NCBI GenBank assembly: GCA_964252035.1
Contig: OZ176201.1
DNA length: 64,000 bases
Source of the DNA: Podarcis erhardii
Taxonomy: Eukaryota
Strand: one strand, 5' to 3'
Shown: one piece after another, positions 24,001-37,970 of the stretch
Layout: every line of letters starts with the position of its first letter
How positions within the stretch are numbered: position 1 is the stretch's first letter
Translations under genes and position numbers: made by a program
Notes under the pieces: model-generated
What the model saw: the letters and a program-made list of their open reading frames with translations, nothing else
The model's database searches: none
What the model was told of the DNA's origin: nothing

Positions 24001-27000
24001 TTTCTGTACCAGAAAGTGCATTTAGAAAGAGTCTGTTAAAGGTGACTTCTACACATCCCTTCTCTCATCATTCATGTAAGCATGCTGCAGAAAGGTAGCC
24101 TGATGAATTGTGGATATTGTACTGTTTGAATGGGTAGAATTGTCATGTAGGGTGACTGAAGAATTATTTTCCAGACTGAGAAAAAGCTGTACATAATGGG
24201 GGTTATTTAACCTTAACAACATTTAACCTTTGCATATCATCCAGAATTGTTTTTAGTGGTAAATGACCAACAAGCAAGAACTACACAAGTACCAGATTTA
24301 AGCATTTGCTTTTAACAGATGCCTTTCTTGGCAGGTGATCCTGCATCCACTGCCAGTGATGGATTGTTGGTCCAGAACAATTATGATACAATAGAAGGAG
24401 GAGGCTTCTTGGGTAAGACATACTTTCTTCAATTTATCAGCCATCACATTTCTACTTCATGACAGCAGCTTCCTGCCTCTTCCATTGCTTAAATGTAAAT
24501 ATATGGAGAGTTAACTGTTTCAAACATTCTGAACCTAAACACATGGGCCTGTTTAATATCCATGCAATGGTGTGACAGGTAAGACTTTGGGTGAAAAAAT
24601 GTATAAGCCTTCTGGTGCAAGAGACTGAAGTCTGTAATAGTTTGGCCTCTGCTCTTTAGCCATGCCTATTTTTTAATGAACACTGTGCTGCTTTTGTTTG
24701 GAATTGTTTTACTTGTTTTTATAATGGTAGAAACCACTGGGCTTGTTGGATTATATTGTAATCTGCCTTGGGATCTTATGGTGAAGGGCAGTAAGAAATA
24801 TTATGAATACATTTTTATTTTCCAGAGCTAAAAAGTGAACATAACATATGTAGATTATACATTGTATAAAGCTAAGCCCACTTTAAGTTGAATGACTTCC
24901 TTTTAATTTTAATAACCTTTAATTATTTAACAGGTAAGATTAATATTCCTGAAAGTATTAAGTCACTCACTGAACTCATGCTATATTGGGCAAGTTGATA
25001 AAGGGGGAAATTGCAAATTACAGTTAAGACCTCCTAGTGCTGCTTGAGGACATAATTGGTCAAACACAAAGCATGAAGACAAACAGGCAAATGGAATCAG
25101 TTGACACTTGTAGAACTACAGTCATTAAGCTGCTGTTGGCCAATCAGGAGCTGAAACATGTTTCCTTTTCCTGATTGGCTAATTAATGAAAACCCTCTGG
25201 CCATATACAGTATTCCTAAATTAAGACTAGCAAGTTAGAAATGGAAATACTTCAGTTCTGTTTAATGTTAGATTGTAATGATATTGTTGCTGCTGTATGA
25301 TCTATCCAAGTGCATGCTGCAATGCAAGCCTTAGGTCTTCTTTAAACCACATATCCTGCAGAGTTGTTCACTCAGAAAGTGTTTTTACTTCAATCACAGC
25401 AGTGTATGGATTGTATTGATTATTGGGAGCTTGTGGCCCTCCAGATGTTGCTGGACTGGGGGGTATCTCATCCTTGACCATTGGCCATACTGACTGGAAC
25501 TGGCGGGAGTTGTAGTCCAGCAAAATCTGGACTCACAGTCGCAGGTTCCTCATTACTGAGCTAGAGTTTTAAAGAACGTGTAAAGTGGTGTGCATATTGG
25601 TTGCTATATAGAAAAAAATATGAAGAGAGTTCCACCTTGTTACGACTGGAATGTTAGTGTTATTGCTTGCATTTTAATGAGTACATTCTTCTTTTAGCAA
25701 CTGCACATCCCCCTTCTGCTCCTCAGAATCTTAAAACAAACAGACATGTTGGGAGTGCTTATCCCACCTTGCCACCAGGCTACCAGAATGCATCTCCATC
25801 TGCAGGACCAAGAATGCAGTATCCAGGTGGATCACCACAGTTTCCTCAAGTAAATCTTTAAAATCTTACTAAAATGTTAACTATGTAAGTTGTCTTGGGA
25901 GTTCATTGAGCTGTCTTGAGCACTATTTGTTGGGGGGGGGGGACACAGAATAAAAAATTAACTAATAAATACATTTACATAAAGACATTGCTGACTTTGA
26001 AAGTCAGCCTTCTTTATTCCAGAGAGCTTTAGTGAGTCCAGTATCTATACCAATTGAGAATTCTGGGTACATTATTTTTCCACCAGTCTTTTCTGCATTC
26101 CTTTCTAATAATCAACAATCAAGCATTGTTGCTTGATATTGTAAAAGAATATTGTCTGAAATATGTGTTCCAAAATTTATTTAAAGTACAAAGAGATCAG
26201 ATGAGGCTTTTTATGTCCAGTTTGGCTCTTAGTTCAAACAGCATTTTAGGCAAGATCAACTTCTACTTAAATGCTCTAGTGCAAGTGGTCTGCAAACATA
26301 GCATTCTTCCATCCAGTTGATATGAATGAATTTTAAAGGTGATTCAAACGGCTAACCTTGCAATTCTGTTTTCATTAGCCTGGCCTGGGAGCAAATTCCT
26401 TAGCTGCATCTATGGGTGGACTGAGCCTTCAACCAGAAGGATTAAGACCTATTAATCTTCTTCAAGACAGAAATATTCTCCCTGCAACCCCTTTGCAAGC
26501 ACCTATTCCGAACTTGCACGAAGATATCCAGAAGGTCAACTGTAATCCAGAGTAAGGCCAATTTAAAAATTATTTATTTTGAGGGTTGGGGGAAGGAAGA
26601 CTCTTCACTTTCATATGTCCTGAAGGTGTGTCTGTCTTCTGTTGGGAGCTTAAGTCGATAGCTGGCATGTAGCCTGTGATTGCTTTTCAAGTAGGATTAA
26701 TAGTAAACAGAAGAACACTTCTGTAGATACCCTCTTCAGAGTGTGTCCCTGTAGTTTTCACCTGGGGTATTATAAACTATATTTAGATTTTGCATTTGTT
26801 GGTGGTTGTCACACCGCATAAAACTGAATCTGAGCTTATTGCTTGACTGAAACTTTACATAAGAGAGGGTCATAAGGAAAACTATCTGTCCTGATCAGGA
26901 AGGGGTGATGCATGCAATTAATAGTGACTTTCACCGTTTGTCCCTCATGTAGGTTATTCCGATGTACCTTGACTAACATTCCTCAAACTCAGGCCTTACT

Positions 27001-30000
27001 GAACAAAGCCAAACTTCCTTTGGGGCTCCTGCTTCATCCTTTCAAAGACCTATCGGTATGATACATTATGTAAAACTCTGAGTGCTGGGGAGTTGGCTTT
27101 CAGAAGAAAGCATTCAAATAATCCTCCAAACAATATTTGGAGGATGGAGTGTGAGCACATGCATTCCCCCCACATCCCATTTCTTCTGTAGGGCTTGAAT
27201 CAAATGGTGTGGCCAGTACCTACAAATCGGGATTGCAAACCAGGATAGATCCTTTTACGCAATATCACCCAAAGCGACAGTTGAGTGGTTTGGGTGGCAC
27301 TGCAGCTTGTGGTTTGGTTCAATACAGAAAGTAAGGAATTAGACCCTATGTACAAGGGAAGGAAGAGTGTGGTCAAAATTCCCCAAACCATTGTTTTAGA
27401 AGATCATATGACTGCAGCCAGTATAAACAGTTTTGTTAGCCTTGCCCTAGAAAAATAACATTTCCTGCAAGATGACATTTCAGAGCCCCACTTGAAAGGA
27501 GCTTTGTTAATGGAGAACTTCCCATTCTTCAACATCTTATCTATACCCTTGTGGTAGTAACTTTGTGCATCATTCAGTACTGAAGCCTTCAAAAGCCGTA
27601 TCGTGTTAGGTTTATTCTTAACAGATATTTCAGTTGCTAATCTTTAAATCAAAGAGTGCATTCAAAATCTGCCTTTCCCTGATTTTTAACGTGCTGTGAA
27701 TAGGTTGCTGTTTGCAAATAGGTAGAGGGTTTCTAGGCTGGGGAATAACTACTTGATCCTAGTGGGAAATGATTGTGGCATCGGTTGTTATCATTGTAGA
27801 CAGCCACTCTACCCTGTTTTATTATAATGGGTTTACTTTTTATGTAAATGTACATTTGAATGTGACCTTACAGGATTAAGTTTAATACTCCAGTTTAAGA
27901 ATATGCTGGTAAGGGGACTAGTGGCCTCAACTAAACAACACTTCCTGATAAAAGTTATTTAGAAGCAATTTTGATTGTATCCTGCAAAGTCATTGCACCA
28001 GTGGAACAACATCCTCTTGCAATGGAATTTCCCTTCCCTCTCCTCCTCCTACAACTGCCCCAGTTTGCTCTGGGGTTTTTCAAACCCTCTGCAGCAGTTG
28101 ATGGGGGGTAAGGAAGGAGAGGGAAAGGAAGTTTTGTGGGACAAGCTAAGTTGTACCATTAGGAACAACCCTAGTAGTCCTTCTGCTTCCATTTTACTGC
28201 AGCAATAAAATTTGTGCATTGTCACTTAAGATAATCTTTTGCTTGTAAAACTGGTGATTTAACATAATATGGTGGTCTTGCAAAACCATTTCCCACCACA
28301 GAGCATGATTCATGTATGTCTCAGTGTCAAATAAAACACTGGGCCGCAGTTAAAATAATTATTGTTATCACACATGTGGAAACCCACCTTCAGCTGACAG
28401 AGACGCTAGTGCTTAGACCATTGTACCATATCTGTTTACATCTGGGCCAGAGGTAGGCACCCAAATTACTCAAGGTGGCTAGTGCATTCCCAACACATGA
28501 CTTACAAAAGCATTCCTCTTTTGCAGCAATTGCCTGTGGTAACCTCCAGTACAATTGTGAGGTGTCGTAGCTGTAGGACATACATCAATCCTTTTGTCAG
28601 CTTTCTTGACCAAAGGAGATGGAAGTGCAATTTATGTTACAGAGTGAATGATGGTGAGTTTTCTTTGTCAAATGAGCATAAATCCACTAAAAGCATCAAC
28701 TGTATTGATATCAGATACCTGCTGTATGTTAATATGCTACCTGATTCCAGTGGGACATAATTGTATCAATTGCTAGCTCTTTCAAGGGTTTAGTGCTTGA
28801 GGATGTAACATGTTAGGGGGATAAATTTTATGGGATAACCCCTGGGAATGCTAGGTGTACGACTATATCTAGAATATTCAATCCCTAGAATGCTTGTATC
28901 TTGTAGTAAAGCACTATATTTTTCCCCCTCTTGCAGTTCCTGAAGAATTTATGTACAATCCTGTGACAAGAGTTTATGGAGAACCTCATAAAAGACCTGA
29001 AGTTCAAAATGCCACAATTGAGTTTATGGCTCCTTCTGAATATATGGTGAGGTCCTTTACCCAAGCTAGCTGCCTGCTATAATAACCCAATAAAAAACAG
29101 CTTCTGTTCAGTAGAAGACCTTATTCCCTTCCCTGTCATTTACCTGCAAAGCAGGGCTTTCAAAGTGACTACCCCTGTTCTGTGGAATAGCATCCTTGTT
29201 AAGGTACAACAGGTGTCCACTATCTGTACTTTGGGAGTCAACTGAAGACATTTTTGATATGACAGCCTTTTCCAGATGGATGAAAAGGCGACTGCCTTGG
29301 GTTTAAAAACAAATCAAGGGAACACCTGTCTTCAAGGGGTAGGTAAAGGTAAAGGGACCCCTGACCATTAGGTCCAGTCGTGACCGACTCTGGGGTTGCG
29401 ACGCTCATCTCGCTTTATTGGCCAAGGGAGCTGGGGTACAGCTTCCAGGTCATGTGGCCAGCATGACTGAGCTACTTCTGGCGAACCAGAGCAGCACACA
29501 GAAACACCGTTTACCTTCCCGCTGGAGCGGTACCTATTTATCTACTTGCACTTTGACGTGCTTTCAAACTGCTAGGTTGGCAGGAGCAAGGACCGAGCAA
29601 CAGGAGCTCACCCCGTCATGGGGATTCGAACCACCGACATTCTGATTGGCAAGTCCTAGGCTCTGTAGTTTAATCCACAGCACCATCCGCATCCCTTAAG
29701 GGGTGGGTGGGGGTTGTATTTTTTTATTTTTAAAAATAGCTGTTTTGCATGTAAATGATCTGGCAAAACATGTAAAATGCAATTTATAAATAATAAAAAT
29801 ACAAAAGTAAATCAAGGTAAGTGTACTGCTTTAGGAAAAAGTTGCTATCTTAATATAGTTCTCATTTTGATTATATTGCACTGTATTAGTCTAGGAGAAA
29901 TGGCTGTGATCCTCCCAGTGCCAAGCATAAGCATAAGTGCTTATGTTTTCAGTAATGAGGGACTACCCATTTTTGTTTGACTATAGCATTCACACCATGT

Positions 30001-33000
30001 TGAATGCTATTCCCTGGTGGTGTCCTTGCCATCAGGAACGGCTCCCCCCATCCGTGTGTGTGTGCAGAAGGGAGCACAGATAAGCCCTGGAGAACGTGCA
30101 GCACACCAAATCTATCCCATGGATGCTGCCCACTGAATACAGCTTTTTTTGTAAAATTACAAGCCTATTGCCTATAAATGCAATAGACTGGTTGTATTTA
30201 CTCTGTTAAACTTCCATAATAGAATTGTGACCCATAAGTGTATCTGGCTTGGTTATCAGGCATAGCCTTTCTCTGCCTTAATATGACACCAAGAAAAAGA
30301 ATGAAAATCCTCTCAAATAAAGATGTTAATTTTTAGTAGAGAAAACACCCAAGACACCCCAACATTACATATTTTAAAATGCTTCCAGACCACCCTTCAG
30401 CAATTGAGATAACAGGGTGTCATACAAAGACAAAATAAAGCAAATTCATTATAATGCAGTGAAGGATAAAACAACAAATTTGTACATAAAAACAATGGCA
30501 AGCAGAACAGGTTGGATACTAATCAACTTTAAAACTTCAAAAAGCCTCGGTAAATGTGTATTGACTCTGACATTCCAGAGATCTGGTACCACAACAGGGA
30601 AGGCTCTATCCCTCATTGTCACATAATGAACTTAACCCAGCGATGAGTTAGGAAGACAAGCCATGTGTATTGTGCCTTCCAAGGAAAAGATGATCCATAA
30701 TATATTTTCTTGAAAGAACAACTGCTTGTTGTTCCTTGAGACTAGCCTCAGAATTTCAAAACATATTTGAAACCTTGGACATGATTGGGACAGGACATGG
30801 GATAATGAGTATTCCAAATGTGTGAGAAATTTGGTTTCCTCTCCCACATTCCATTCCTGGCATGTATATTTCAAGTGATGGATGAAAACACACAATGCCT
30901 GGTTGTTCTCAGTTTGTTCCCCCCCCCCAGCAAAAACCTACCTTTTCCAATTGTGCTTCTAATTTTAATTTAAAATCAACTAGGAGTAGTGTTGTGACAA
31001 GGTTTAGAAATTTAAACTAAGGTAACTGTTTGTTTTTCAGCTACGTCCACCTCAGCCTCCTGTGTACCTTTTTGTGTTTGATGTGTCACATAATGCAATA
31101 GAAACAGGATACTTGAACACTGTATGCAAGACCGTGTTGGACAATCTAGATTTGTAAGTCCTGCACATCTTTTCACTCTGTCCATATAGTTTTTAATGTT
31201 CATGTCATTGTCATGTTTGGTCCAATCCTTTCATGTGCCAAACCTGGAAAAAAATCAATTGATGTTCTTTCAAGCTGCCATTTTCATAATATGCACCCTA
31301 CGCACTTACTGTGAATTTCAGGTACCAAATTTGTATTCATCACCGAAACAATTTACATTCTCAAGCTCATTGTATTGAAACTCCCAATTTGCTGCACTGT
31401 ATTTCTTTTCATTAAAGCAACTAAAGGACTTTAGTTTCTTGTGGTACTGTACTGGATTTCAAAAGAATATATTCAAGAATCACATTCACGCAAATAACGA
31501 ATGCAGGTACTTTGTAGAGGCATTCTGATTAGGAACATTGTGCTTTTGTATTGTTTTTTTCAGTAAACAAATGTAAATATATTGGTGTAACAGATGAAAT
31601 CTTTATAGAACCTACAGTGCATTTGAGATATGCTTGAAATAACCCTAACCTAGATCCAACCCATTCCAGATTTTTTCTTCTTGCAAGGTTATTTTTCCTT
31701 AACATGGAGCATTGCATGGTGATATGTTTTTGTTACCTTAATAAAATCAGCATAAGGTTTTAATCTACTACATTGAATGCTGCCACCCTGAATGACATTT
31801 TGATAGCTGTTTGCAAGAAAAATGAAGCATTAACCAAAGGGTAATGCATTACAAACATTTATTCCCACAGAAAATACATCTATCTGACATGAATGTGCAC
31901 TTAGGGCCTTATTAAACATGATACCAAGTTTCTATGTTTAATTTTCAGACTTCCAGGAAACACTAGAACAAAAATAGGCTTTATAACATTTGACAGCACA
32001 ATCCATTTCTATAGCCTTCAGGAAGGTCTCTCTCAGCCCCAGATGTTGATAGTTTCAGATATTGAAGGTAAGTAGAAATAATCTGTAGCATTAGATTTAT
32101 GAAGTATGCTTTTATGAAGTATGCTTTGTGATTCCTAGAATCAGAACTGGTGTAGTAGACTTGCCGCTGTAGAGGTGCAGGAAGGCTGCTCATTCACTTG
32201 GTTTCTCAGATATTACAGCCCCTTTCAAAAGAAAGGGCAACTTTATTGACTCTCTCCTGTCATTTGTCTACCCCAATAAAGGGAAAATTGAGGCACTGCT
32301 GCTTCCTGAAAAGGCTGCCTGAGTCAGCACATGGGACATCCTTGTGCCATTGCCACCTCAGAAGCTGCCTTTTTCAGTATGGGTCAAACCACCTTTTTGA
32401 CAAGAATGGGATGGAGCACCTCACTTGCCACTCTCAAGGCTTTTGCATCTTCATTTTTATCCATTTCTGTGTTCTTTAAACAACTTTTTACCTGGGCTTT
32501 CTAATTGTTGGGGTCATTCATTCCTCTTGGAAGGGACATCAAAGTTGTTGGTCTTGCCTTTGACTGGAGAATGGGTTAACTGTTTCCTGCTGACATACAA
32601 GAATGGAACTTGGCAGTAAAACCAACTTTTCATTTTCTTGCAGAGGTGCCATTGTGTGTGTGAGTGGGTGGGTGGGTGTGTAGGAAAATTGCTAAAGCAG
32701 CTAAACCAACCAGTTCTTCTAAAGCATTTTGCTCAGTGGACAGTCTAAAGATGTCCAGTTGCATACCATATCCTTGACTGAAGTGTCTGTTGCTGTGAAA
32801 GAATCTGTTATCTCCTTCCCACCTGCCTGGACTATTATGAAGAGAATGCTTTACAAGCACTTAATGCATTTCGTAGATGTGGGGAATATTTAAGAATACT
32901 TCTTAAAGTCAAACCGATTCAGAGAGCTTTCATCGCATTTTTGTTTTTCTTGCAGAAGTGTTTATTCCAATGCCGGAAAACCTACTAGTAAACTTAAATG

Positions 33001-36000
33001 AAAGTAAAGAGGTAAGAGTAATACTATGAAGTCATTATGCAAGTATATGTTTAAAACAGATGTCATTTAACTCTGTCCTTTTGATCATTTCCCCCTAGCC
33101 CATATAAGGCTATGAGCTAAAGTTTTTTGCCCACTCTAGTTGATTGGTTGCGCAAATATGTACAGTGCAAAGTTCTTTGCCAACTGACTAGGCGACATCT
33201 CTTCTGAGAACAGAATAAATGATAAAACCGCTAATCTGAATTTGAGGGAGTGGGGGGGGGAGCTGACTTCTGAAACTTTAACAGTTATACTTGAACATGT
33301 TCAATTTGAAATCCTTTTAAATCAGTGGTGTCCAATCTTTATATTCAAAGTAATGTTTTTTAAAAAATATTTCCTTTATGCTTCATGTGTATTTGGTATA
33401 GATTCCCTCTTTCTAGAAGAAACCAAATATGGTATAAACAGGTGCTTCCCAAATTATCAAATCATTTGGTATTAGTGTTTCCCAAAATATCCAAGTCTTC
33501 AGTTTTATTAGATTATGCTGCCATATACAGTGGTACCTCGGGTTAAGTACTTAATTCGTTCCAGAGGTCCATTCTTAACCTGAAACTGTTCTTAACCTGA
33601 AGCAGCACTTTAGCTAATGGGGCCTCCTGCTGCTGCCACACCACCAGAGCATGATTTCTGTTCTCATTCTGAAGGAAAGTTCTTAACTCGAGGTACTATT
33701 TCTGGGTTAGTGGAGTCTGTAACCTGAAGCGGATGTAACCCAAGGTATCACTGTAGTCTGAAGCAAAGCAAAGTTCCATGTGTGCTTGCATGTGAATAGG
33801 TAGGATATAATGCATATTACTGGAGTTGCAAGGCTGTTTTAAAGCACAGATACTTTGTAATACTAATCAAGAGGACTTTAAATCCTTATTGAAGTGTTTC
33901 TATATGAGATTCCACTTCAGGAATTTAGCATTACTTTTAAGCTCATACCCTTGGTGAACACGCTATAGGCACAATAACTAAGGTCTCTCCCCCCCCCCCC
34001 CCGCAAAAAAAGAATCCCAAATTCTGTTTATCCAAGTGCCCACCTGTGTTGCAGATATTGAAGCTTCTTTTAGTCTATCTTGAAATTATATTCAGGGAGG
34101 CGAGGATGGCAGTGGGCTGGAGTTTGGGACCACATTTTTGGACAAGTATGTGAAAGATAGAAAGAACAGTTCATTGAATTTGTGGGGTTATGTCTGATTT
34201 TGAAAGAATGTGTATCTTGGAAGGGGTTGGGTGGGTTGGGAATCTTCAGAGACCAGTTGCTATAAAATGGCAAGGCTTACTATTTGCTAACAAAATGTCT
34301 TTTATGAATGCTTCTAATGAAATTTTGAATTCTATGGGAGACATGTCTTTTGAATATTCTAATGCTCTTATTTCCCCCCCAGCTAATTCAAGATTTATTG
34401 AAAACTTTGCCTCAAATGTTTACTAACTCCCTGGAAACTCAGAGTGCTCTGGGACCTGCACTACAGGCTGCCTTTAAATTGATGTCCCCCACTGGTGGTC
34501 GGATTTCTGTCTTCCAGACACAACTTCCAACTGTAGGAGTGGGTGCTCTCAAACCTCGGGAAGAGCCTAACCAAAAAGCTGCTGCAAAGGTTAGCAAAAG
34601 CTGCTTTCTATGTATTCTTTAAGTAACCCTCAATTTAACTTGTCTTATTGGCTGCAACTGCATCCCTCAAAACACCGTTTTGAACCCATGCCCAGTCTCT
34701 TTTACGGATAAGTTGAGCTACTGCTTCAGTCCACGCGGGTTTATGGAGAACAGCAGAAATGTGTATTTTGAAGTTCTATCATTTTTACTTTTTCACCAGG
34801 ATATCCATCTTACACCATCTACTGACTTCTATAAAAAGTTGGCCTTGGACTGTTCTGGACAGCAGGTTGCAGTTGACCTGTTCCTCCTTAGCGGGCAGTA
34901 CTCTGACTTGGCTTCATTAGGTGAGTAAGGTATTTTCACATTTGTGTGAAAAGGAAAAGAAATCAGCATGATAGTTTTAACAATATGTTTTAAATAGTAA
35001 AAACTGAATCTTAATGCTGGGTTCCAGTTGGAGTATAGAAAGTTAAATTTTAATACAATAAGCTGAATGCGCACAAGTTAAATGTGCATAAGTTGTGGGC
35101 TTACTGTAACATTTCTACAATATTTTAAAATACCCTGGCACATACTTTCTCCCAATACTGTTAGTGCATCTCCCAATACTATCAATGTTAGATTGTATTT
35201 ATTGTGTTGACTGTAGTTTGTTCCTTCAATTTATCCTTGGATTTTTATTTTTAGGTTGTATATCGAGGTATTCAGCTGGTAGTGTCTATTACTATCAATC
35301 TTACCATCAACAACACAATCCTCTTCTGGTGGAGAAACTACAAAAAGAGCTGAAACGATACTTGACTCGGAAGATTGGTTTTGAGGCTGTCATGCGAATA
35401 AGGTGTACGAAAGGTCAGACAATTTAATTTGCTAATGTTAAGCAGAGCAGTGCTTCCATAAGTGCCTAAATAAGTAATTGGCAGAAGCGCACATGCAAAT
35501 ATTTAAAAGCTTAGCATCGTGAATTTAGAATATTTAGAACAGTGAACATGCATCTGTGAATGTATTAGATTCTCCCAGTGTGTTGTGATCCAGTAGTCCA
35601 GAATACTGGGTGGTTCTTCTTTCTGTCGATGAGTAGGCCAGGCTGTTTCCAAAAAGAAAAGACTTGGGTTAGTTGAATTTGGAGTCAGGAAGCAGTTCCC
35701 ACATCCCTAGAGCTGGATTTCTGCTTCTTCAGTTTTAATGGATACAGGTCTTTAAATCTTTCCTTATACAAAAAATAGCACTTTTGTCTATTTGTTCTTT
35801 ACTTTTAAAAATAAATAAAGGTAAAGGGACCCCTGACCATTAGGTCCAGTTGTGACTGACTCTGGGGTTGTGGCGCTCATCTCACTTTATTGGCTGAGGG
35901 AGCTGGCATACAGCTTCCGGGTCATGTGGCCAGCATGACTAAGCTGCTTCTGGCGAACCAGAGCAGCGCACGGAAGCGCCGTTTACCTTCCCGCCGGAGC

Positions 36001-37939
36001 GGTACCTATTTATCTACTTGCACTTTGACGTGCTTTCGAACTGCTAGGTTGGCAGGAGCAGGGACCGAACAACGGGAGCTAAAACAAAATTAAAGAGAGA
36101 GAGAATATTCTTGAATTAACTAGCCTTGGGAAAGGTAAATGTTTGTTTGTGTGAGCTTGCCCTGGATTTACCTATAGAGTCTACCAAGTCTTGCTAAAAA
36201 TAACCTTCAGACAGTTCTGCCAGTGGAAAAAATTGTTAATAAAGTGAGACCATCCCCCGAGTGTTAATCTTTAAATCAAGATCAGGTGAAATAGTAATGG
36301 AGTTGCTTCTATGTCTTTTATTTTGAGAGCATTATTTTATTTTCCTTAGTCCCCCTTACAGGACTTGACTGACTCCCTGTGAAAATGCAAGTGGTAATAC
36401 ATGTGTGTAATTATTCCTTAAGGTATTGTGCTACTTATCTGTTTAGTCACTGAGACTGAGACTTTGAGACATTGGCTTGGTCCAAAGTGCCCTCTACATG
36501 TGCCAAAATAGCTTCCACATCAGCACAGGAGGATTGTTGCCCTTTGCACTTATGTTAAATATTTCTCTAATAAAGCTTTCCAGCAATGCGAGAGTTTGTA
36601 ATGGAAATGGGTGCTAGCAGCGTCAGTAGGTCCATGGAATATCACATATGGCCCTTTGGATCTCGGCCATTACCTTATACAAGTTCTCTGAATAGAGGAC
36701 ACCCAGTAAATAGGTGTTTAGTGGCACTGCCTAAGGCTGGTCTGATGCTGGAGAACTGGATAAATTACTGAACTTCAGCAGCTTTCAGACGTGCTTATGA
36801 CTTTCTTTGCAAGGAGACAATGCAGTCAAAGTGATTGTGCAAGATTTGAGTTGAAATAGTATTCCTGAAACACTTTTCTCTTCCATAGGCCTTTCGATTC
36901 ATACCTTCCATGGCAACTTCTTTGTACGGTCAACAGATCTGTTGTCTTTACCCAATGTGAACCCTGATGCAGGATATGCCGTACAGATGTCAGTAGAGGA
37001 GAATCTCACAGACATGCAGGTTGTCTGCTTTCAGTCAGCTCTCCTCTATACGTCTAGTAAAGGTAAGGATGTCATGGCATCTATTGCCACTAGTAGTATC
37101 TGATAAAATATATATACATGCTTGTTGATCTACATTTTTTGTGAAGATAAGATTAATTGGTCTTGAGTCTTCATAGATCTGACTAATTAGCACACACTAG
37201 CTTGTTTGTAGTTTTTTCATTACTGCATTAATGAACTCCAGGCCAGAATGCACATTATTAAATAGAACGACTGCTTAGCTGAAGATGGACATTTGTAGTA
37301 TTTACAGTTCTATGATTCTGTGTTGAGATTCCTGCATTGCAGGGGGTTGGACTAGATGACGCTTGGAGTCCTTTCCAAATCTACAATTCTATGATTTTTC
37401 TTCTAAAGTGTCTCTGGTGGAAGTTTGGTTGAAAAACTGCAACCTGTGTTTGACTTATGTGAAGAACTACATTAAGGCAGCGGGGGGGGGGGGAACTATT
37501 AATTATAATGTTGGGCTACATCTGTGAAAGTTTCTGAAGCATCACCTGGACACATTTGTTAGATGCAGCTCTGATGTTATGGATTTCCCTGTACAGGTGA
37601 AAGGAGGATTCGTGTTCACACTTTGTGCTTACCAGTTGTTAGCCAGCTGAGTGATGTTTATTTGGGAGCTGACGTGCAAGCAATTACCGGGCTGCTAGCC
37701 AATATGGGTAAGTGCTTTGGTTGTTTTTTGAAAGTAAGGTATTTGTAGTTTTGAATAATAATGTCTGAACAATTATTATTTTATTACCACCATATTGCTC
37801 TTGAGATACTGAAGGTGGTGGTGAATGTTTTTGGCATTCTGCTATAGCTGTGTGAGTTCAAGTGGCTGGAACAATGACTCACTGTGTGAAGGGCTGACAT
37901 TCTGCCATCTCTGGTTTGCATTCTTCCTAGCTTTTTGTT

Positions 37940-37970
<31 letters not shown>

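Noticed and set aside
24319-24334. Upstream alternative acceptor for SEC24A exon 4
   Set aside because: It adds 16 nt, shifts the frame and hits TGA immediately.
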